From positions 1 through 34,351 of IMG/VR virus record IMGVR_UViG_3300016652_000410: a stretch of 34,351 nt of DNA; one strand, given 5' to 3'. A program made the position numbers and the translations under genes. Positions 7,003-13,324 of this stretch are shown here, one piece after another (position 1 is the first letter of the stretch; the number at the start of each line of letters is the position of its first letter). The notes under the pieces are model-generated. The model had not been told where the DNA came from. It worked only from the letters and a program-made list of their open reading frames with translations, and did not search any database. Origin of the DNA: a virus. Lineage: Duplodnaviria > Caudoviricetes.

Positions 7003-7728
7003 TCACGTTGCGTGCAAAAAACGTGATGACTTTAGGATGCCGCCGACTAAGTGAATCTCAATCACGTCGCTCGCGGCGATATGGATTGGCGGGTGTTCGG
7101 CATTTACGCTGTCCAAGCGGTACATCCCATCTCTCAGGTAAATGAATTCCTTGATCATCGTTCGGCCCTCTGTGGTTCTGACCACAACCTCATCGCCGCT
7201 GAAGTAGCTCTTGTTGGGTTCGATTAGCACGTACTCACCATTTTTTATCCTGGGAAGCATGCTATCGCCGGTAACCTTTAATCCATAGGCATCAGGGTCA
7301 TCGCTGTGGATGCTCAGGTAACCATCGCCGTGACCTGGAGGAAAATCAAGCGCTTCAAAATATCCTTCATTGCCCAGCTGTGCGGTCCCAACCACCGGAA
7401 CACTCCCTGTTTTCGCTTGTCCTGCTGACGTTAATCCTTCGCCCTGGCTGCTCTTGAGTCGAGGGGGATATCTGATGTCGAAAATGTTTCCAAGCGCATC
7501 ACCAGATAAATGAGGTAATGGTCCCTCGACATCTTTGACCAGTTCTGTCAGCGGCGTTTTCAGGGCAGCAGCAATTTTCCCTAGATCCTGAAGGTTGGGC
7601 TGGCGTTGGTCCTTCTCATAGTTACCAATACGAGACTGTGATTCCCAGCCACAGGCAAGTGCCAGATCCTTCTGGCTCATACCTTTGGCTTTTCTGAGTG
7701 ATTTGATGCGTGAGCCTAGTGTGTTCAT
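7003..7728 (-). CDS. cI: CI/PrtR-like repressor (XRE HTH plus S24 autopeptidase)
   Basis: HTH RIKSLRKAKGMSQKDLA...SRIGNYE; S24 motifs VTGDSMLP and MIKEF; divergent from cro. Confidence 0.93.
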   Translation of the reverse strand: MNTLGSRIKSLRKAKGMSQKDLALACGWESQSRIGNYEKDQRQPNLQDLGKIAAALKTPLTELVKDVEGPLPHLSGDALGNIFDIRYPPRLKSSQGEGLTSAGQAKTGSVPVVGTAQLGNEGYFEALDFPPGHGDGYLSIHSDDPDAYGLKVTGDSMLPRIKNGEYVLIEPNKSYFSGDEVVVRTTEGRTMIKEFIYLRDGMYRLDSVNAEHPPIHIAASDVIEIHLVGGILKSSRFLHAT

Positions 7729-7739
7729 TTGTCTTTTTT

Positions 7740-7804
7740 ACCACGCATTGAAATAAATTTATCGCACTTTGCGTGTTGTAAAAATCACGAATCGTGTTTA
7801 TTCT
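7740..7804 (+). promoter_or_regulatory. Rightward early promoter with operators (pR/OR-like)
   Basis: TTGTAA (7776-7781), 17 nt, TATTCT (7799-7804). Operator ATCACGAATCGTGTT (7784-7798) in the spacer, weaker copies at 7763-7777 and 7740-7754, same consensus as the left operators. Confidence 0.7.
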
Positions 7805-7828
7805 GCGCTCCAGTTACAGGAGATCTTT

Positions 7829-8053
7829 ATGAACAGGATTGCTGACCATCGAGAGAAGGCGGGTATCAGGCAGCGTGATTTGGTTTCGATTCTGGGCTGG
7901 ACGCAGACACGGATTAGTAATTATGAGTCCGGACGGCGTGTAGCCGGACTTGCAGAATCTCGTGCAATTACGGCTGCGTTGAATCAACTCGGAATCAAAT
8001 GCTCGCTTGATGATGTTTTTCCGCCGGAGATGGATTTCAAGAAAGTAGCTTAG
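7829..8053 (+). CDS. cro: Cro-like XRE HTH regulator (74 aa)
   Basis: AGGAG RBS then ATG at 7829; MNRIADHREKAGIRQRDLVSILGWTQTRISNYESGRR; divergent from cI. Confidence 0.88.
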   Translation: MNRIADHREKAGIRQRDLVSILGWTQTRISNYESGRRVAGLAESRAITAALNQLGIKCSLDDVFPPEMDFKKVA

Positions 8054-8077
8054 AAAAAAGGCGACCCAAGGGTCGCC
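8054..8077 (-). terminator. Intrinsic terminator oriented for a minus-strand transcript, directly after the cro stop
   Basis: AAAAAA-GGCGACCC-AA-GGGTCGCC: on the minus strand a GC stem followed by T6; no T run follows on the plus strand. Confidence 0.6.
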
Positions 8078-8085
8078 CAGTTCCT

Positions 8086-8364
8086 CCCGACACGCACCAC
8101 CACAGCGCTGTCGGGCCGCGATTGGGGTTGGCGGGCAAACCAAATGCAAAACCGCCCACACCTTTCGCGTTTTCCAAGGCTCGGAAGCCTTGGTGTTGCT
8201 GCCATTTCCACCACAGAGCTGGCAGCTGTTGCGCCAGGGGTGAACAACGGATTGTTCGCCTCGGCACGGTGCCGGTGTTGGTCTTAGGAACCTCGCCGGC
8301 GTTTGGGCCTATCAAGCCACACGACAAATGTATCACCACTCCCTGTCGTGCGGCACTGGCAACA
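8086..8364. ncRNA. Candidate structured RNA (cis-regulatory leader or antisense RNA) between cro and cII
   Basis: At least six hairpins read by eye, three with CACCAC loops and two with CGGA loops, plus a long-range pairing of 8227-8237 with 8356-8364. No convincing ORF. Confidence 0.5.
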
Positions 8365-8380
8365 TTCAAGGATTAATGCC

Positions 8381-8899
8381 ATGAGCCGTATCATTCTGAG
8401 CTCTCTAGACCGGGCGCAGCGGGAAGTCCTGCCGCTCGATCTTGCGCTTTACCATGCCGCACGGGACTATCCCGGTGGTGCCGCAGCCATCGCCGCCACC
8501 ACCGGCCGGAATGCGACCACACTGCAGCACAAGCTTTCCCCAACCCACCCCAGCCACACGGTGAACATTCAAGAGTTCTGCGAGATTCTGGAGCTGACCA
8601 AGGATCGCCGCATTCTGGATGCAGTACATGCGTTGGTCGGTGACACGATCTGGCAGGAGCTGGCCGAGGCGTATACCAATGACATGCCCGAGACGTTGAC
8701 CACCGGCATCGCGGAATACTTCCGCAAGGTGGCGGATCTGGCAGACATCTGGGCCAAGAGTATCGGTGACGGTGTCGTTACTGATGAGGAACTGGCCGCG
8801 ATTCGCCTGCAAGTGTTTCGTGGGATTCAGGGGCTGTTGGGGCTGTTCAACCGCGCCACGTATGTCAACCAGACGACGCGGGGTGTTGAGCGTGGCTGA
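8381..8899 (+). CDS. Phage regulatory CII-family protein
   Basis: LDLALYHAARDYPGGAAAIAATTGRNATTLQHKLSPTHPSH pattern; AAGGA RBS, ATG at 8381; position after cro. Confidence 0.8.
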   Translation: MSRIILSSLDRAQREVLPLDLALYHAARDYPGGAAAIAATTGRNATTLQHKLSPTHPSHTVNIQEFCEILELTKDRRILDAVHALVGDTIWQELAEAYTNDMPETLTTGIAEYFRKVADLADIWAKSIGDGVVTDEELAAIRLQVFRGIQGLLGLFNRATYVNQTTRGVERG

Positions 8900-9116
8900 T
8901 ATCGCTGACTTCGCTAATGACCTGGTGCAAGAGCGCATCGATCAAGCGCTCGCTGCACGCAACGCCACCAAGCCTGCCTTGGTGGCGCATTCGTTTCTGT
9001 TCTGCGAAACGTGCGATGACCCGATCCCTGAGGCTCGTCGTTTGGCGCAGCCCGGCTGCACGCAGTGCGTGGGGTGCCTTTCTCTCGCGGAACTAAAGGG
9101 GGCCCGCCATGCTTGA
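8892..9116 (+). CDS. TraR/DksA C4 zinc-finger protein, PtrB (PA0612)-like
   Basis: GTG at 8892; MADIADFAND...CETCDDPIPEARR...GCTQCVGC. Confidence 0.85.
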   Translation: MADIADFANDLVQERIDQALAARNATKPALVAHSFLFCETCDDPIPEARRLAQPGCTQCVGCLSLAELKGARHA

Positions 9117-11328
9117 TGAGGTAATTGGGCAATTAGCGGATTACGGGCTTGAGCCTGCGCAGCCGCTCGTGTTTGGAAAGCTGACTCGGTGCAAGACGGC
9201 ACAGGACAAGGGCAAGGAAAAGAACGGCTGGTACATCGCCCATGAGCATCGCACCGAGAAGGGCGAAACGCTCATTTTCGGCGCGTTCGGTGATTGGCGT
9301 TCGGGTGAGTCGCAGAAGATCAAGGTCAAGGCCGGGCGGATGTCGCCTGAAGAGCGTGAGGTCATGCGCGCTCGGCAGGAGGAGGCGAAGCGGCGCGCTG
9401 CGGAGATCGCAGCCAGTGCGGCACGTCGAGCGGCCAAGCGGGCGGCGGGCATGTTCAGACGCATGCCGGAGAAGGGCCGTAGCGACTATCTGGATCGCAA
9501 GCAGATCGTTGGTATCGGTGTTCGGTATGCGCCTCGCACCGGTGCGTTCCTAGTGCCGATGTTCAACGTGCGCGACGAGATTGTCGGCCTGCAGGTGGTG
9601 TATCCAACCAAGCAAGAAGACACCGGTCGGGACAAGACCTATTGGCCTTACGGGATGTCGAAGGAGGGCGCCTTTCACTTGATCGGGCCGCATCCTGATC
9701 CGGGTGAGCCGGTGCTCGTATGTGAGGGCTATGCTACCGGCGCAAGTCTGCATATGGCGACCTCGCTGACCGTGGCCATCGCGTTTGATGCGGGCAACCT
9801 TCTGGTGGTGTGCAAGGCGATGCGTGAGCGTTTCGCCGGCTGCCCGTTGATCATCTGCCGTGATGACGACTGGAAGACCACGAAGCCGAACGGCGATGCC
9901 TGGAACCCTGGTGAAGAAAAGGCCAACAACGCGGCACTGATCGTCGGTGGCCAGGTGGTTGCGCCGATCTTCTCCGGTGAGCGGGAGATCAAGTGGACCG
10001 ATTTCAACGATCTGCACGTTGCCGAGGGTTTGGAGGCGGTGCGCCGCCAGGTGCTGGCGGTGGTCAAGCCGCCGGCCGCTGGTGGCTGGAAGGACATGCT
10101 GGCTCGTAGCGAAAGCGGGGCGTTGATCGCGCATATGCAGAACGTCGAGCTGATCCTGGCCAACGATGAGCGCTGGGCCGGGGTGATCAGTTACAGCGCC
10201 TTCAGTTCTAAGCTCGTCAAGCTGCGTGCGGCGCCGTATGGCGGCGGCACGGGTGACTGGGCGGACATCGATGACGTGCGGGTGATGAAGTGGCTCGCGC
10301 AGCAGTACAACCTGCGGGTCAAGGCGTCGCATGTGATCGAGGCGGTGAGCGTCGTTGCGCATGACCATGCGTTTCATCCAGTACGGCAGTATTTGCGCAA
10401 GCTCGAATGGGATCGCGTACCGCGCTTGGAAAGCTGGCTCACGGACGTTATGGGCGTGAAGGCCACCGACTACTCGTCCAAGGTGGGCAAGCGCTGGATG
10501 TTGTCGGCCGTAGCACGGGTGATGAAGCCGGGCTGCAAGGCTGACTCGGTGATGATCCTTGAGGGCGCACAGGGTGCGGGTAAATCGACGGCGATGAGTA
10601 TCCTCGGTGGCGAGTGGTTCATGGATACGCCGTTTGCACTGGGCGACAAGGATGGCTTTCAGGCGATCCGGGGCAAGTGGATCGTCGAGCTGGGCGAGCT
10701 CGACAGCTTCAACAAGGCAGAGAGCACAAAGGCCAAGCAGTTTTTCTCGGCGTCCACTGATACCTACCGCGAGAGTTACGGCCGTCGCACGATGGACGTG
10801 CCGCGTCAGTGCGTATTCGTCGGGACGACGAACCAGGACGAGTACCTCAAGGATGCGACCGGTAACAGGCGTTACTGGCCGGTGGCGTGTACCAAGGTCG
10901 ACCTGGAGTTGTTGCGCTCGATCCGCGACCAACTTTGGGCCGAGGGGGTGTTCTGCTACGACGCGGGTGACCTTTGGTGGGTAACGCTGGATGAAGCGGC
11001 ACTGTTCGCCGAGGAGCAGGACGAGCGCTTCGTAGTGGACGAATGGGAAACGCCAATCTTGACCTGGTTGGAAGAGTCGCAGATCGGTGAGACCACGACA
11101 GGCAGTGAGGTGTTGACGCAGGCGCTCAAGCTCGACCCGGGGCATTGGGGCAAGCCTGAGCAGATGCGGGTCGGGGCGATCCTGCATCGGTTGGGGTGGC
11201 GACGTTATCGGCTCGGGGCCATGACCAAGAGCCGGCAACGACTGTGGGGCTACAAGAAACCTGCGGATTGGGGCAGGGCTCCTGCTTTGGACCAACCTGC
11301 TTTCGAGGAGCCTTGCTTCGATGATTAA
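9109..11328 (+). CDS. Primase-helicase replication protein (TOPRIM plus VapE/VirE-type P-loop ATPase)
   Basis: TOPRIM motifs VCEGYATG, DDD, TDFNDL; Walker A GAQGAGKST; VFVGTTN...YLKDATGNRRYWPV. Confidence 0.9.
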   Translation: MLDEVIGQLADYGLEPAQPLVFGKLTRCKTAQDKGKEKNGWYIAHEHRTEKGETLIFGAFGDWRSGESQKIKVKAGRMSPEEREVMRARQEEAKRRAAEIAASAARRAAKRAAGMFRRMPEKGRSDYLDRKQIVGIGVRYAPRTGAFLVPMFNVRDEIVGLQVVYPTKQEDTGRDKTYWPYGMSKEGAFHLIGPHPDPGEPVLVCEGYATGASLHMATSLTVAIAFDAGNLLVVCKAMRERFAGCPLIICRDDDWKTTKPNGDAWNPGEEKANNAALIVGGQVVAPIFSGEREIKWTDFNDLHVAEGLEAVRRQVLAVVKPPAAGGWKDMLARSESGALIAHMQNVELILANDERWAGVISYSAFSSKLVKLRAAPYGGGTGDWADIDDVRVMKWLAQQYNLRVKASHVIEAVSVVAHDHAFHPVRQYLRKLEWDRVPRLESWLTDVMGVKATDYSSKVGKRWMLSAVARVMKPGCKADSVMILEGAQGAGKSTAMSILGGEWFMDTPFALGDKDGFQAIRGKWIVELGELDSFNKAESTKAKQFFSASTDTYRESYGRRTMDVPRQCVFVGTTNQDEYLKDATGNRRYWPVACTKVDLELLRSIRDQLWAEGVFCYDAGDLWWVTLDEAALFAEEQDERFVVDEWETPILTWLEESQIGETTTGSEVLTQALKLDPGHWGKPEQMRVGAILHRLGWRRYRLGAMTKSRQRLWGYKKPADWGRAPALDQPAFEEPCFDD

Positions 11329-11680
11329 GGAGATTGATTCGTTGCTGAAGCTGTGGGCTCAGGAGCTGCATTCCGAACATTCGAAAGGGGGGCTTGCGGG
11401 GGGGAACATGGTTGCAATGATGATGGAGAGCAATGGGCAACTGATCCGCGGGCGGCGTGCCTTTCGTGCACCGCTGGAGAGCTCTCTCGACATCGAGCTG
11501 ATCGTGAATAAGCATCTCGCGCCCGAGCTGGTGACGGTTGTGCGGGAGCATTACTGCACGCTCGATGTGGATATGCGCTTGCGCTACGCCCATTGCGGTT
11601 GTGGTCGCGACACCTACTACCAGCGTCTGCATGACGCGCATCTGGTTATCTGGGGCATGTTTATGGGGGTGGCTGCTTGA
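11321..11680 (+). CDS. PA0613-family protein; putative late regulator or antiterminator
   Basis: MIKEIDSLLKLWAQE...CGCGRDTYYQRLHDAH with C-terminal HTH-like segment; sits at the Q-like position upstream of the late promoter and holin. Confidence 0.7.
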   Translation: MIKEIDSLLKLWAQELHSEHSKGGLAGGNMVAMMMESNGQLIRGRRAFRAPLESSLDIELIVNKHLAPELVTVVREHYCTLDVDMRLRYAHCGCGRDTYYQRLHDAHLVIWGMFMGVAA

Positions 11681-11704
11681 CCCTAGGCATGGCTCCGGCA
11701 GTTG

Positions 11705-11982
11705 TTGTCCTACCGGCCCGCCTTGTCCCACTATGTTTTGATGTAGTGGGACAGGTGCGGGCCTTGTCTTTACAGGGTTGTCCCACCGTCCCACCTTGCA
11801 ACGTCACCCGCCCGCATATGCGTAGTAGGCAGCAGTACGCGCGTTTCACGCGCAAGCGTGTTCTTTAAGTTCTTTCTTTACACGAGAAAGTAGAGAAAAA
11901 AGTAGGACGGTGGGGCGAGGCCCCTAATTTAGACGCTCTCAGGCGTCCCACCTCAATTCTAAAAGGTGGGACGGATGGGACG
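11705..11982. repeat. Putative replication origin: about ten GTCCYAC iterons in both orientations around an AT-rich core
   Basis: Forward copies at 11707, 11725, 11780, 11788, 11945; reverse copies at 11746, 11902, 11910 (degenerate), 11966, 11975 (degenerate); AT-rich centre about 11860-11901. Confidence 0.65.
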
Positions 11983-12011
11983 CCGCCAAAACAACAGAAT
12001 GCCGGGGTGAG

Positions 12012-12111
12012 TTATTCGCCTACATTCGCTAGACGTTCACCCCACATTCACCACTTATTCACTGGGTGGCATTAAACCGGGGTTGCTGCCACCGGAATCG
12101 CCCTGTAAAAA
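12012..12111 (+). promoter_or_regulatory. Putative late promoter with five helically phased RTTCRC repeats upstream
   Basis: Repeats start at 12014, 12024, 12035, 12046, 12057; then TTGCTG (12083-12088), 17 nt, TAAAAA (12106-12111). Confidence 0.55.
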
Positions 12112-12163
12112 GTAGTCATCTTCGATAGGTGCGACCGCAGAGAGCGGCAGGCACCACACCACC

Positions 12164-12189
12164 AAACCCGGCCATTGCGCCGGGTTTTT
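12164..12189 (+). terminator. Terminator-like hairpin between the late promoter and holin
   Basis: AAACCCGGC-CATTGC-GCCGGGTTTTT. Confidence 0.7.
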
Positions 12190-12206
12190 GCGTTTAGGGG
12201 TTGGCG

Positions 12207-12551
12207 ATGACAAGCGAGCAACAAGCACTGGCAGAGATGCCGATCTGGTTAGTGATCGTCCTGGCCCTAGTCGGTGGCGTCTCGGGAGAGATGTGGCGGG
12301 CCGACAAGGATGGGGCGCGGGGCTGGGCATTATTGCGCCGCCTCGCGCTTCGGTCCGGAGCCTGTATTGTCTGCGGGGTGTCGGCGATGATGCTGATGAT
12401 CGCGGCCGGCATGACGATCTGGACCGCGGGTGCCTTGGGTTGCCTGACGGCAATGGCCGGTGCCGACGTGGCCATCGGGTTGTACGAACGCTGGGCTGCC
12501 AAGCGGCTGGGCGTCAGCGAAGTCCCGCCAGCCGGGGGCGAACAGGGGTGA
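12207..12551 (+). CDS. hol: Holin (PA0614-like)
   Basis: Three hydrophobic segments; EMPIWLVIVLALVGGVSGEMWRADKDG and AMAGADVAIGLYERWAAKR are typical of Pseudomonas phage/tailocin holins. ATG at 12207 preferred over TTG at 12201. Confidence 0.88.
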   Translation: MTSEQQALAEMPIWLVIVLALVGGVSGEMWRADKDGARGWALLRRLALRSGACIVCGVSAMMLMIAAGMTIWTAGALGCLTAMAGADVAIGLYERWAAKRLGVSEVPPAGGEQG

Positions 12552-12581
12552 TGCACCGATCTGGGGCGCCGAAAACCGCCG

Positions 12582-12708
12582 GGGACCCTAGGGGTATCTG
12601 AAGGACACGGGGTCGGAAACCCGCGGGAAAGTGTTAGCGGGGGCGCCCCCAGCTTACTGAAATTCAATCCATTGAAATTGAAAGGTCTGCATTGAAAAGC
12701 CGTTGAAA
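12582..12708 (+). other. Putative lambda-type cos region (cosQ-like, cosN, cosB-like repeats)
   Basis: GGGACCC (12582-12588) then ACG|GGGTCGGAAACC|CGCGGG parallels lambda GGGTCCT...ACG|GGGCGGCGACCT|CGCGGG. TTGAAA at 12672, 12678, 12692, 12703, directly before terS. Confidence 0.65.
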
Positions 12709-12717
12709 GGAGGGCTT

Positions 12718-13320
12718 ATGACAGAACCGACTTACCTGTCAAAAAGCGCCTTCGCGGCGCGGATCGGCAGGGCGCCGAGCTACATCACTTGGTTGAAAAA
12801 CAACAACCGCCTAGTGCTGTCGCCGGACGGAAAACTGGTGGACGTTCAGGCCAGCGAAGCGTTGATTCGCGACACCGCTGACCCGAGCAAAGTCGCCGTC
12901 GCTGATCGGCACCAACAAGACCGTATTCAGCGTGACGTTTACAGCCAACTGTCGACCCAGACCGAGCCGACTTCCACGGCTGCGCCGCCGCAGGTGCTTA
13001 CCGGCGAAGGCAAACTCCCCGACTTCCAGAAGGCCCGCGCCCTGCGTGAGCACAACATGGCCAAGCTGGCGGAGATCGAACTTGGCAAAGCCCAAGGCTC
13101 GCTGGTCTCCAAGGAGGCGGTCGAAACCGGTGCCTACAACGCCGGCCGATTGCTGCGCGATCAACTGTTCGGGCCACTGCCGCAACTGTCCCACGACCTT
13201 GCGGCCATGACCGATCCCTGGCTGATCGAAAAACACCTGACGGCCACCTTCCGTCGAACGCTGGAGGAGGCCGAGCGCCTCTCTTCAGCAGACCTTGAAC
13301 ACGCCATGACAACGGACTGA
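12718..13320 (+). CDS. terS: Terminase small subunit
   Basis: N-terminal HTH YLSKSAFAARIGRAPSYITWL, Nu1-like KLAEIELGKAQGSLVS; directly before terL; GGAGG RBS. Confidence 0.85.
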   Translation: MTEPTYLSKSAFAARIGRAPSYITWLKNNNRLVLSPDGKLVDVQASEALIRDTADPSKVAVADRHQQDRIQRDVYSQLSTQTEPTSTAAPPQVLTGEGKLPDFQKARALREHNMAKLAEIELGKAQGSLVSKEAVETGAYNAGRLLRDQLFGPLPQLSHDLAAMTDPWLIEKHLTATFRRTLEEAERLSSADLEHAMTTD

Positions 13321-13324
13321 ACCC

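Noticed and set aside
8086-8364. tRNA or canonical C4/nut/put assignment for the structured spacer
   Set aside because: No T-loop, D-loop or CCA hallmarks and no boxA or C4 consensus that I can recognise; left as an unassigned candidate.
9550-11295. 581-aa minus-strand ORF opposite the primase-helicase
   Set aside because: Antisense shadow expected from GC-rich codon bias; no recognisable motifs, RBS or operon context.
11677-11868. 63-aa ORF coupled to the PA0613-like stop
   Set aside because: Runs through the iteron array and reads like translated repeats; cannot be excluded but is unsupported.
11705-12062. Short repeats considered as a CRISPR array
   Set aside because: Units are 6-8 bp, in mixed orientation or helically phased, with no spacer structure and no cas genes.
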